DNA from: Podarcis tiliguerta
Taxonomy: Eukaryota
Length of the DNA stretch: 64,000 nucleotides
NCBI GenBank assembly: GCA_965153285.1
Contig: OZ229114.1
Reading direction: 5' to 3' (one strand)
How positions within the stretch are numbered: the stretch's first letter is position 1; every line of letters starts with the position of its first letter. The position numbers and the translations under genes were made by a program. Shown here one piece after another: positions 1 to 12,229 of this stretch. The notes beneath the pieces were generated by a model that ran no database searches, was not told the DNA's origin, and saw nothing but the letters and a program-made list of their open reading frames with translations.

Positions 1-31
1 CCTTTATTGGATTTAAGGCTGCAATGTTATA

Positions 32-262
32 CAGTGGTATCTCGGGGTACAAACGCTTCAGGTTACAGACGCTTCAGGTTACAGACTCCGCTAACCCAGA
101 AATAGTACCTCGTGTTAAGAACTTTGCTTCAGGATGAGAACAGAAGTCGTGCGGCGGCGGCAGGAGGCCCCATTAGCTAAAGTGGTACCTCATGTTAAGA
201 ACAGTTTCAGGTTAAGAACGGACCTCCGGAACAAATTAAGTTCTTAACCAGAGGTACCACTG
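32..262 (+). mobile_element. Tc1/mariner (Tigger/pogo-like) MITE, family A
   Basis: TIRs CAGTGGTA(T/C)CTC / GAGGTACCACTG, TA target duplication; near-identical to 29185-29413. Confidence 0.85.
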
Positions 263-1960
263 TACAGAGTTGTTTTGAATACTGTATTTACTCTCTGCCT
301 ACTAACCTAACTTCTGGAGGCAGCTTGCAATATCCTTATGGGTTTTCTATCATATTTCTGGTAATAGGACTACCAGTGTGGGTTGGACTTGACAAAGGAG
401 TGTAAATAGCTTGAGATGTTCAGGTGACATGTCTTTATGAGAGCTAATTGCCATATGAAAGATTACTGTGTGACACAGGACTAGCCTGGGATATTGCAAA
501 TAGGGGGGAAATTATGAGAGGTAGACAGGGAGCAATGGGAGAATGCTTCCTTGTCTAGCTACAAATGATGTATTCTAGGCTTCCATGTGTGAATAAAGGA
601 GGCAGGTTGCAATTTTTGGAGACAGTGGAAAAGATAAACAGAGGACTTGTTAAGCTCCAGAAAGTACCATTTGGAGAGGGAATCTGGAGATCTGATGTGG
701 CACAGTGGATTTGGCTGACTGTTGGAATGTTAAGTTGTCCCTCTTGCTCAATCTGTGTACTTACAAATAAATTAAAATATTACAAAACAGCAAAAGCCTC
801 CAGTGACCTCATTCCAAAGAAAACTAAATCTGGGTAAGTGCTGTGTCCCTGGAACTTCCACAGCACTTGGAAGCTTTCCAACAGCAAAGCAGGCTTGTCC
901 AATTGTCTAGAGGTAGATATTTACATGCATCCAGGGAGTAAGCTAGTGAGTAATTACAAATCTTTCTCCAACATTTAAAAGAGAGAGAGAGAGAATGGTA
1001 ATATAACATATTTCATTTTATTTTAACAATCAAAAGAGCAATGCTTCATATGAGGCTTATAGGAATCAACATCCAACATTTATTTCAGTACATATTTTGA
1101 AATACCAGCCCATGTCCTTGAACTCTTAAGTACTGCTTTGGTTGCTCTTTTCTTCTCTTTTATTTCTTGAGATCTTATGTGTTCGATGTAAGTTTTTAAA
1201 AAATCAAAGTTTTTATTACTTGCATATGCAGTTCCATGGGTTACACATATGAGTGCATTTGTTTTCAGATATTCAGCTGCAGGCATAAATCAGGAGTAAA
1301 TATGCACAACACAGGAAGCACTTACCCAAGATTAGAGGGGAAGATACTGAAGAACAGTGGTATTTCCCAGCAATCGGTAACTTCCAGAGGATATTTGGAC
1401 ATCAGTTCACAAACTCACAGATGATGCAGGACATGACAGTGCTCTCCACCTCTAAGTCTCCCTTTAAAAAGCTGGGGGGGGGGATGAAGAAGACCTGTAG
1501 CAACTAACAAGATCTGACCCAGGTGGAGAAGCAAAGGGTGAGATTCCTGTTCTCTACACTGTGGACTCTTTTTAGTTGCCAAGACTAGTCTGGATCCCAG
1601 ATAGATCATCATAATTATCATCGTACTCACGATTATTCTGAAATGTGTTCCAAGTTGAGCAAAAGGGAAACCTTCTTTAGAGAATTCTGATGTAAGTGGT
1701 CAGCATGAAGTCAGCTGGTAAAACATGTAGCTACAGCCCTGGTTTAATAGTGTGCTGAAAAATGCATGAGCGTCACAGAGCCCATTTGCGGTAAAAGATG
1801 CTAAGAGAAAGCTTCCGTTTTTCATTTGGAAACCAGGCAAAAGCAGAGCCAGGAGAGTTGTAATGTACGGTTTTACCAGGCTCCGCATGAAAGTGGACTG
1901 TGTGCAATGCTGATCACAATTATTTCAGAGTTGCCAGCTTTATTTAGTTGAATTGGTAGG

Positions 1961-2803
1961 TGTCATGACCCTCACCCTGAGCAACAGCTTGTACCCCAAT
2001 TTTGACTCAGGTGAAGAGGGACCAGCCAGGTAAGGTGGAACAGCAGCACAGGAGGCAGTGGTGGCACACAGCAACCCAGGCAGCAACATTATACCAGAGA
2101 GCTCATAAGCCAGGACCCATCAATACAAGGACCCCTGAATTTGAATCTCCAGATGAAGAAACTCCTGAGCATGTATGTCACGGTGATCTACACACACACG
2201 GGGGGGGGAGGGAGCTGACAGGAGCGAGCCAGCAGGTGTTTATTACCAAAAATGGGATTCACAAAGGAGTGTCAGGCCTAGTGAGCACAGCAACTCAAGC
2301 AAGTCTTGCCGCTATGAAGCAGTTGCGGAGACTGAAGGCCCTCATCTCCCCACAGCTGCTTAAGTCCCCACCTCTCCATGGTTTCCCTAAACAATCTGAG
2401 TGCACCTATGTGAAGCTAACTTCTCCTCTACCCTCTTCATGCCTATCCTGGTTCTGGGAGACCGGGGGGGAGGGGGGGAGGAAAGCTTGTTGCAGCAGGA
2501 GGGGGAGACATCCATGCCTCCACCAGCCAGATTCATCTCTTCCTCTTGGACTCCCTTCTCTCCTGCTTCAGCTTCTGGACTTCTCTCTGCCACAGATTCC
2601 CTCCACTCACTAAGCACTGTTACCTCTTCAGCTTCTAGCATGTCCTCCCAGTCTTCTCCCTCTGACCACTCATTGTCATCCCACCCAATCCCATGGCTCT
2701 GAGCCTTTTTCTCTTGGGAGTTCCCCAGCTGGTTCCTCCCATCATTCTTCTGTGTCCAACCAGCTCACGCCATAAACCCATGCCTGGCAGTCCATGCCAA
2801 CAA
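1961..2803 (-). mobile_element. Probable LTR-type repeat fragments (solo-LTR-like, purine-rich on the minus strand)
   Basis: TG...CA-type boundaries and low-complexity overlapping ORFs with no recognisable domain; family not confirmed. Confidence 0.35.
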
Positions 2804-2892
2804 CAAACCTAGGGAGAACTAACAGAGAGCAGGCAGAGTGCTAAGAACCAGGCCACAGGACTGCTGCTTTAAGGCCTTACTAGCCTCTTAGA

Positions 2893-3243
2893 GGGACGCG
2901 GGTGGCACTGTGGGTTAAACCACAGAGCCTAGGACTTGCCGATCAGAAGGTTGGCAGTTCGAATCACCGCAACGGGGTGAGCTCCCGTTGCTCGGTCCCT
3001 GCTCCTGCCAACCTAGCAGTTCGAAAGCACGTCAAAGTACAAGTAGATAAATAGGTACCACTCTGGCGGGAAGGTTACAGCATTTCCGTTTGCTGCTCTG
3101 GTTCGCCAGAAGCGGCTTAGTCATGCTGGCCACATGACCCAGAAGCTGTACACTGGCTCCCCCTGCCAATTAAGCGAGATGAGTGCCACAAACCCAGAGT
3201 CGGTCATGACTGGACCTAATGGTCAGGGGTCCCTTTACCTTTA
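2893..3243 (+). mobile_element. Sauria-type SINE, full length
   Basis: GGGACGCGGGTGGC head, B-box-like GTTCGAATC, (ACCTTT)n tail; homologous copies at 39.3 and 54.8 kb. Confidence 0.85.
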
Positions 3244-4284
3244 TCCTCTGTGGTGGGGTGGTGGAAGCCTAGGAGGGGTGATCTGGTGCTATCCAGGACA
3301 AAGCTCCAGATATTTGTAGAACAAGTTGCTCACTTGAGCTTCCCGGGATTCTGTAATGCCTTGTTGAATGTCAGACAGGACAGGATGTTAATCAATTAAT
3401 GCTTTACTGATTAATTTCATATTCTGATTGGTAACTGCATGTTTAGAATTCATAGTTAGATAGCGTTGATTGACTGGGACTAGAATAGGGATCCAGAAGA
3501 AGTGTATATATGGCCAAGTGCTGGTCACCAGCAGTTAGTTAGTTGGATTGGCAGCTCATGTTGGTTGGTGTTCCTGGTAGACAGCCAGAAGGAAGAAGAC
3601 CTGAAAAGAATAGAGGGTGACTGGAGAACTGCTGGGGTCACTGAATGACTTGGCTTAGGCTTAAAAGTCAATGGGAGAACTTGAATTGACAAAGGCAGTA
3701 TCACACACACAAGCCTCCCCACATCCTTGGGCACATCAGTTCCCTGTCTGTCAGCTTTCCACGTGTTCATGGGGCAAACCTGCACTGGGGCTTCTACTTG
3801 TATTTGCCGGGACACAAGTAGAATCCCTCACGTGATTAGGGAACCTTCTTTATCAGGATCCCAGATAGCACAAAAGTTCTACCCACATCCAAATGAAGTC
3901 AAGTAGAAGCTCCATACAGATGTTTAGAATGAGGGTGGAGGAGGACATGCCTGAGGGTGTTGGGGTGGTGCTTCCATGTGAGCCTCTGCTTCCACCTTGA
4001 CTGGAAGGTGTCAGTAGCTATGTCACTGAACATGCCTATGGTCTACAGCCATCCAGTCTCAAAAGCTGGAAAGAATACGGCCACTTGTGCACCAAAAATA
4101 GCCCACAGCCAAAAGCACATAACTCTAGATCCAGAATTAGGGAAGAAGTGCAGCTAAATCAAAGGCCAAAACAGAAAGGAAATCAAGTATCCTGGAAGGA
4201 ACTCAAGGACAATTCTACATAGCAACCAACCAGGTGACTGAAAGAAAGTCAGAATGTTCTGGTAGGAAGCCCTAAATGCCAACA

Positions 4285-4590
4285 TGGAGTCAGGAGAGGC
4301 TGTGCAAGTCTTGGACCAGTGTCTCGATGCAATGGTGCACTAGATAAAGGTTAAAAAACTGAGCTTAAATCCTGGATAAAAATGGAGATTTTGTGGGTGA
4401 GTGGTCAATTGCCTGTTTTGGATGGGGTTTCTCTCCCTCTGAGGCAGCAGGTATGCAGACTGGGTCTACTACTTGAGCCATCTCTGTCACTAGAGACCCA
4501 AGAGACCAGGAGTGCCTTTTGCCAGCTTCAGCTGGTATGCCACTTGCAACCTTTTCTGGACCAAGACATCCTGACTACAGTGGTCCAGTA
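4285..4590 (+). mobile_element. L2 LINE ORF2 remnant
   Basis: Degenerate VLDQCLDAM..KLSLNPxKME..LPLRQQVCRLGLLLEPSLSLE with stops and frameshifts. Confidence 0.65.
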
Positions 4591-5516
4591 AAAGGTTGCT
4601 CACAAGAGAATGTGGCCCAGGGGCAGAAAAAGTTCCTGCAACCCTGCTACAGAGAACTGAATTCCAGATTTGGGGGTATGGCCTCACCTAGAGAATATGT
4701 ACATCTCCACAGAGAAATGCCAGACTAAATACCATGTTGAGATGATAGGATTTAAATCACACATTTTAGTAGTGTATTTTCTGAACACAAACAATATTTT
4801 TAAAAGACTGTTCATGTTAGGCAGGGGCAATGTGTCATGCAGAGTTATGGATGCAAATGTTTTCACCTTCCTTCCTTGGTGCTGTGATCAGGGAAACTGT
4901 AGCTGCATGTGTTAATACTGGCACTACAAATCATCAACAGCAAAACACTTCCTCCTAAGAACACTCCTGCAGTCCTGCTGAAATTCATTCTGAAAACCAC
5001 ATTTACATATTCTTATCAGACTGAGTTGTTCTAATGAAATAGTATATTCCCCCGGTTTAAGAGCACAATATGAATACGCAATATGATAACAGGATGCAAC
5101 TACAGTTTTGCAGGATCTTCAAGGTCCTACTACACTGCAGTATGTTTAATATACTCTAATCTTCCCACTCTAAATTCACTCCCTTAGCAAATCTAGGACA
5201 CTCCTGTCTTTCTCTTCTTCCTCACTACAGCAATCAATAAGTGTTACCCTCCAGTCTTCTTTACTGTTTGTGCACAGTACAACAAAGCAAATGTTCTGAC
5301 TGAATTGAAGAGCTCCATTATTTAACACACACAGGCCTACCCTGAGAAAGAAACTGGCTCTATGGTTCGGAGAAACAACAGCATTGGGAAGCTGGTTAAG
5401 GGATACGGAGCCTAGCAGTTCTGTATATCATAACTGTCTATCTCCAAGAGCCAAAACAGCTTGCGCTGGGTGGAACCGTCCCCAACCTTTAGCGGCAGCC
5501 GGTGGGAAGAACTGAC

Positions 5517-5545
5517 ATCAGCACTGCGGCAAAATGGACAGCTCC
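5517..5545 (+). promoter_or_regulatory. Candidate expanded-spacer RE1/NRSE (REST) element
   Basis: ATCAGCACT-N10-GGACAGCTCC: both RE1 half-sites, 10-nt spacer. Confidence 0.45.
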
Positions 5546-5876
5546 ACCAGCATTTCTCCCTGTCATGCTTCCTAGCAAAGTCAGTTGGGAATGCGAAAGA
5601 TGCACCATCAGCACTACCAGGTCCCTCCAAGCCCTCTATCCTTCCTCAGACGTGAGCCCCAAGATTTCAGCCAGCAACGCCAGCTGCTTCCCATTCCCCG
5701 ACAGGCGTTCTCTGCTCTACCTTCATTCCTTCTTAGTCAGGGGCAGCCCAAGTTTCTCACCTCCGCTTACCTCCGCTACTCTGCAAAGCAATGACCATCG
5801 TTCCTAAATATACCAAGCTCTATCACCCTGTAGAGGAGCAGCCCTTCCACCCGCACCCCAAAATCCGCTGCTTACG

Positions 5877-6030
5877 CCCAATGGGACCGCCAGAGCGCCC
5901 CAGCATCCTCACCTCCCCCGCCTGTCCCTTTCATCCCAATCTCCTCCCCTCGACCGCGCCCTAAAAGTGCAGCTTCCCCCCACCCCCGCCTTTCTGCGGC
6001 GCGACGGGCGACCCGCCTCCCTATATAAAG
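5877..6030 (+). promoter_or_regulatory. INA proximal promoter: two CCAAT boxes, GC boxes, TATA box (TATATAAAG 6022-6030)
   Basis: Motifs seen directly upstream of the ATG at the edge of the CpG island. Confidence 0.75.
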
Positions 6031-6067
6031 CACGGACGGCGCAGGGAGCCTCTCTACTGCCTCCAGG

Positions 6068-7078
6068 ATGAATTTCGGATCGGATTCCCACTACTTGGCC
6101 TCTTCCTACAGGAAGATCTTCGGGGAGCCTCCCCGCTACTCCTCCCGCCTGGGCAGCTCGACGGCGGGCAGCAGCTACCGCTCGCAGTCGTTGTCCCGCA
6201 GCAGCCATGCCGTCTCGTACCGGCTGGCGCAGGCGGAGAGCCTGGACCTGAGCCAGGCGGCGGCGGTGCACGACGAATTCCGCCTGACGCGCACCAACGA
6301 GAAGGAGCAGCTGCAGGGCCTCAACGACCGCTTTGCCGGCTACATCGAGAAAGTGCGGCAGCTGGAGCAGCACAACCGGCTGCTGGAGACCGAGCTGGGC
6401 GCCTTGCGCCAGCGCCACGCCGAGCCCAGCCGGCTGGCCGAGCTGTTCCAGGCCGAGCTGCGCGAGCTGCGCGCCCAGCTGGAGGAGACCGAGGCCTCCC
6501 GGGCGCAGGCGGCGCTGGACCGCGAGCGGCTGGCCGAGGAAGTGCAGCGCCTGAGGGCGCACTGCGAGGACGAGGCCCGCGCCCGGGCCGAGGCCGAGCA
6601 GGCGCTGCGGGCGCAGCAGCGCGAGGTGGACGGCGCCACGCTGGCGCGCCTGGCGCTGGAGAAGAAGGTGGAGGCGCTGCTGGACGAGCTGGCCTTCGTG
6701 CGCAAAGTGCACTCGGAGGAGCTGGCCGAGCTGAGCGCCTCGCTGCAGGCGCCCGCGCTGGCCGCCGTCGAGCCGGACGCCCCCAAGGCCGACCTGACGG
6801 CGGCCCTCAAGGAGCTGCGCGGCCAGTACGAGGTGCTGGCCGCCAAGAACCTGCAGGCGGCCGAGGAGTGGTACCGCGGCAAGTTCGCCAACCTGAGCGA
6901 GCAGGCGGCGCGCAGCAACGAGGCCATCCGCGCCAGCCGCGAGGAGATCGGAGAGTACCGCCGCCAGCTGCAGGCGCGCACCCTCGAGGTGGAGAGCCTG
7001 CGCGGGGCCAACGAGTCCCTCGAGCGGCAGCTGCACGAGATGGAGGAGCGCCACCACGCCGAGGCCGTCGGCTTGCAG
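6068..7078 (+). CDS. INA: Alpha-internexin (type IV neuronal intermediate filament), exon 1 of 3
   Basis: [19 protein letters not shown] head; coil 1A motif [21 protein letters not shown]; ends CAG|GTGAGG in phase 0 (337 codons); CpG island; synteny with PCGF6/TAF5. Confidence 0.96.
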
Positions 7079-8058
7079 GTGAGGGCGCGCGCGGGCGGGC
7101 AGAGGGGGGTCGCCTTTCCGCGCAGGCGCCGCGTCGTCATTCTCCGCACCGCGTCCGAGGACACACCTCGTGGCCAGACGCTGACGATCGCCTTAGCGCG
7201 CTCGCCCCCTATCGCGCACGTAAGCGCCGCTTCTCCACCCACCCCTCCCCCGGTGGCTTCCGATCACTAGCCGCAGAAAGCTGCAGGAAACTGATCTCTG
7301 GGTTGGCTCAGGATGAAAGTTGTCGCCTGTCATGTGCTGAATCAGACCACTGGTACATTCACAGCAGACTTAAGGCCAGTGGTTGGAAGCCTCCGGCTGG
7401 CCTTAGACGTTTGAGAATCTCGTTTCCAAAAATCTGCTAGCTGGCTTCTAGGAGGGGTGGGGAAAATCTGTCAACACATTCCGTCTGGATGGGGTGTTAA
7501 AACAGGCTAGGAGTTTTGCTTTTTGTGCAGGTGTCTTTTAGAAAAGCCATTCAAGGGTATCACTTGCATGCTTATTTCTCTGGGCACCTTGAAAGCTCTT
7601 AACAGTTTACCATGGAGCTCCTGACTGTAGTGCAGTTGGGCCCATAAACAGAACCTCTTATCCATGAAGTGTTTTGATGGTGTGTCCGTCTGTCCCGCCA
7701 GTCTCATGTTAATTCTTTGTGCACATGGGCAAAGCTGCCCCCTGCCCCCAAATAAAAAAAATCAAAACAAATCTGAGATTCTGCCCCCACCCTAACAAAA
7801 GCCCTCCAAGAATCCTGGCTACGCCCCTGGTTGTGCACTGGTTTCATATTGAGGAATAACTGATTTCCACATCTGGATACTGTGCCTGCTTAGTGTTTTC
7901 ACAGTTCCTGGGTTTGAATAGTGAAAAGGGTGGTGTCAGCTTTGGGACATCCCTCCCTCTAATCTGTGAGGAATTATACCTCTTCTAACATCTCCCTGCT
8001 TCTTAAGAGGAGTAGGGCTCAGCCTGAACTGAAGCTAAAAGACAGTGGAGGAAACTAT

Positions 8059-8079
8059 GTCTCTCTCCATGGTACTGAA
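8059..8079 (-). promoter_or_regulatory. Candidate canonical RE1/NRSE (REST) element in INA intron 1
   Basis: Minus strand TTCAGTACCATGGAGAGAGAC vs consensus TTCAGCACCATGGACAGCGCC (17/21). Confidence 0.55.
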
Positions 8080-9389
8080 CAAGATGCACTGCAATCAATC
8101 TACTGTTAGCTAGTGGAGCCAGTAAGAAAATATGGTATGCTTCTGTTCAGGGTGCCTGCCAGACATTGGATCTTCCAGGATAGTGCATTAGTTTTGTTAC
8201 TCCTCCTCACTTTTCCCTCTTGGACGGTCAGCATTCCGTGGCAACTGAAAATGCTCTGTCATCATTGGGCTGTTGGGGGGAAATTTTAGGAATTTTTCGT
8301 CTATAGGTTTCTTGTGCATGGGAGGTACTGTTTTGGCTACATAAAGGATACACACATTCTAAGTTAAGCTTGCACTGCTCCCCCTTTAACATAGTGCAAA
8401 CTGAAGCTGTATTACATTAAAAGAGGAATTCTAGGAATTGCATCTTATGTAGGTGAGTCTGTTGATTAGTTTTAAAGGCATACATATCAACAGCTAGGGC
8501 TAGAATTAGGGCTGAAAATTGTGATGATTAAAAAAATCCCCCAATTATTTGGCAATCTTCTGTAATACATGCATACATCATTTAAACGGGGGAAGCTTTC
8601 TTCATAAGAAAGACTGCCATATTAATATGCAAATTTAACAAGTTAACAACTTACAAGTCCTATGATTAATCAACTAAGATTTCTATAATCAAATGGCGGC
8701 CCTAGTTAGCAACTGTACAGGTGTAGCAGGAGCATTTACTTGGCCAAGATTCTGAATGCAAATTTGTTAGCGGAAATGTGTAACTTAAGCAAAATGGAAA
8801 AACAGCTTCTGATTCAATCAGAGATACAGAATCATTGCTGCAAATACTTGACACTGAGCTTTTGGTATATGTGAAATAAAGGTGCCCTTTATACATTGCT
8901 GGTGTGAACCTTTTTCCTTAAGCAGATCCCAAATGGCTGGGGTCTTCATCTGAGTTTACAAATTTGGGGCACTGTAGCTGTAAGGGTAGCTATATCTGAT
9001 CATCACCCACTTCTCCTCCAGTAGTGTGTGCTTGTGGGGGGGGGGGGCAGAATCCAGAGAAAGTCCTCCAAGGATAAACAATAATACTTGAATAGCTTCA
9101 TATAGGAGAGGGTTGTGTCTGTGTTCTGGAACACTGAGAGAAATCCCATCCAGTTTTCCACATAGGACTTCATGGTGGTCATACCCAGAAAGCTGTCATG
9201 TACCCAGAAAGCTGTCATGCAGGCTTATACATGTTTTAATTGTAGACCTGAATTTGCATGTTGTTTTGTGCAAATGCATGTACAATATTGCTGATTTTGC
9301 CACAGTTCCATTCTAAGAGGAAAAGAAGCTGCTCAGCAACATCTTTGGCTTTAAAATATCAGTTTTATATCTGTCCGTCTGAATTACAG

Positions 9390-9514
9390 GACACTGTCAA
9401 TCAGCTGGAGAGTGACCTGAGAGACACAAAAAGTGAAATGGCTCGGCATCTGAGAGAATACCAAGATTTGCTCAATGTCAAAATGGCCCTGGATATAGAG
9501 ATAGCAGCATACAG
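9390..9514 (+). CDS. INA: Alpha-internexin exon 2
   Basis: ttacag|GAC acceptor; 125 nt encoding [42 protein letters not shown]; AG|GTAACA donor. Confidence 0.96.
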
Positions 9515-10189
9515 GTAACAGTGACTATCAAAGCCCTGCTTGCCTGTTGGTTATGTAAACAGCATAGCACCAAAATAGGCTGTGATGAAATCCAACCCTA
9601 TCCTAGTGGCTGGTGGGAGTCAGTTTAGCGCTGCTCACTAGGAAGCTTTACCACCATTTTGCATTGATGGTAATGCAATGCATTGAGAGTAGATAAAGTA
9701 TAGTAAAACTAGGTGTTTTCAGTATACATTGTATAAATTAACATATTCAAGTTCATATAGTGACACCTAAAATAATAATGAATTTTTTGGTGGGATAAGC
9801 TTTTATAGCTTATACGAAAGGTGAGGCACCCGTGGCTGCTTAGATGTTGGTTCCAATTCCCATCGGCCCCAGCCAGCATGGCTTATGGTCCAGCAATACC
9901 TGGAGGGCCATAGGTTCTCCACCTGTGGCTTATATCATAATACATTTGCTGGTCTTTAAACAGCTATAAGACTCTGTCTGCTGCAACAACAAAAAAACAC
10001 CCCTCTGGAAGATGTGGTTGTAAGTAACAGGGTATAGTTTATGCTCTTAAAAGCTGTTGTGTCTACCTACAGAATCCCTTAAGTAGAGGAAATAGCATAT
10101 GTACAGATGCCACAGCCTCTGACACCTCTCATTTGATCATGCCTGACAGTAGGTCTTTTACCCAACTCCACACCGCACCTATGAGTTGT

Positions 10190-10700
10190 ATTCTTCATGA
10201 CTGCCACTAAATTTGGCAGCAGCTGCAGTTTATAAATTGCCTTTCAAAGGCAGCCCCACATATAATGCACTGCAGTAATCTAACCTAGAGGTTACCAAAG
10301 TGTGGACAGCATATGTACAGATAGGAGCATAGCTGGGCCACCTACTTAAGCTGATGGAAGGCATTCTACATCACTGAGGTCACCTGAACTTCAAGCACCA
10401 GTGATGGATCCCAAGTTATGTACCTGCTCCTTCAGAGTAAGTGTAACCCCATTAAGAGCAGGCCAGCTCTAATTCATCCAGTCTAGGGAACCACGCACTA
10501 ACAGTTCCTCAGTCTTATCTGGAATGAACTTCAATTGAGTGTCCATTATTGAGGCAAGACATTGGTCCAACACATCTACTGCCACACTTGTAGATGTCAA
10601 TGAGAAGTAGAGCTCTGTGTCATCAGAATATTCCTGACTACATGCTCAAGATTCTAGGTGACCCTACTTAGCGATTTTATATAGATGTTAAACAACATGG
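10190..10700 (-). mobile_element. L2 LINE ORF2 remnant in INA intron 2
   Basis: Minus strand encodes VHTLVTSRLDYCSALYVGLP, a typical L2 motif. Confidence 0.7.
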
Positions 10701-10901
10701 GGTTTATTTTTAAATCTGCAAATATTTTCAAATTCCTGTGGGTCTTTGGGGCATGGAAAAATGCTTGGTTACTCACCCCTCTTTTAGTCTTCTGCTTTTA
10801 ACCAACATAGGGACTAGAAATGGTCCCACCTCTTCATAAATGTGCTTAATCCTGGATTGAACCCCAAATAATAATAATCTCTCCTTCTCTGGTGTTTACA
10901 G

Positions 10902-11214
10902 GAAACTGCTGGAGGGTGAGGAGACACGTTTTAGCACTTCAAGCATCAGCATTTCATCAATGAATCCCCCTTCCAACCCCACTTACTCCTTCCAGCCCAG
11001 GTTCTTCAGTTCCTCTATGGCCAGCAGTTCCAAAATATCCCCCACTTTCTCTTTTAAGAAAGAGGAGAAAGAAGAGGCTAAATTGGCTTCAAAAATCTCA
11101 TCAAGCCAAATAGGGGAAGCCTTTGCTGAAATGATTGAGGAGACCATAACATCCACTAAGAAAACTGAACGAACAAATCTGGAAGAGGGGGGTGCTGCAA
11201 ACCAAAAAGTGTAA
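10902..11214 (+). CDS. INA: Alpha-internexin exon 3 (rod end and tail, stop TAA)
   Basis: tttacag|G AAA CTG CTG GAG GGT GAG completes the YRKLLEGEE filament signature; total CDS 1449 nt = 482 aa. Confidence 0.95.
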
Positions 11215-12223
11215 CCTTTCACCTTAAGTACAATGAACCTTTAAGGAGGGAACAATATAGCTTAGACCTTTAAATTGCCTATGCCTGAATTAAGGTGCTT
11301 ACCAGCTCATGTACACATAAAGTTCTAATGTTTCACATCACTAGACTAGTTTAGTAAGAGCACCACATCCAGAATCACTAGGAGGAAAGAAAGGGGAGGG
11401 GGCTCAAAGTTTGATTATTTTCCGGGGGCGGGGAGGGACTCTATAGGAAAACTAGTTGGCAAACTGCAGTTATGTAATAGCCAGATCTCACAATTTCTAA
11501 ATTAAGCAAAGAGGGAAGTCTCAGAAGTGCAGCTAGTAGAAAAAGGTAAAACCTACACATTATAGTTAATGACTCGGGGCCCCTTCATGATGTCTGACTT
11601 AATTGCTGAACCTGCTATTCAGTATCAGTTGAAAAGTGAACCTCCTTCACAGGCAAGATACAAAATATCCAGCAATTGCACCTTGTCAGGGAAGTGCAGA
11701 TTAATCTTCGTTACCCGCCTCTTGAAGGCAAGTAATTAGATGATTTATTCTGTTTCCAGTTCTTCTGGACCATAGGGGTAGAGAAAACAGGGCATTTTGT
11801 TTGCCTTGCTGTGTGGTTGGTGTACTCTAGAAAGAAGCACAATGCATTCAAAAATACTAGGTGGAAGCTACTGACATTTATAAGGTGCAGATGTCTTTAG
11901 GAAGATAAATACTAAGCCACACAATAACTGGACCAACTTTCTGTACCAATGCACATGGGAGCTCTCTGTCATATGATAGCACATAGTGAAGATGCACTTA
12001 AATATATCTTTGTTATCTCACTAGCTAAACCTGGTGCATTCTTTTTTAAAAAACCTACATGATAAAATTTTTTGGAGTATTAGAGCCCTGTTTTTCTGTT
12101 AGAAGCATGTACAGTCATTTCTGTGATTACATTGTGAACCATTGTTCTGTCCATTTCACTTTGTGCCATATTTGTAGATTTAAAATAGTAATCGCTTACA
12201 ATCAGTAGTGCCAGCAATTTAAG

Positions 12224-12229
12224 AATAAA
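12224..12229 (+). terminator. Candidate INA polyadenylation signal
   Basis: AATAAA about 1 kb after the stop, followed by GT-rich ggtgtgttgt; further AATAAA near 13153 is an alternative. Confidence 0.45.

Noticed and set aside
7079-7270. C-terminal extension of the 400-aa INA ORF
   Set aside because: Read-through into intron 1 past a strong CAG|GTGAGG donor; homology resumes in exon 2.
5909-7440. Long antisense and alternate-frame ORFs (382, 300 and 190 aa) over INA exon 1
   Set aside because: Shadow ORFs caused by the very high GC content and codon bias of the exon; no recognisable domains.
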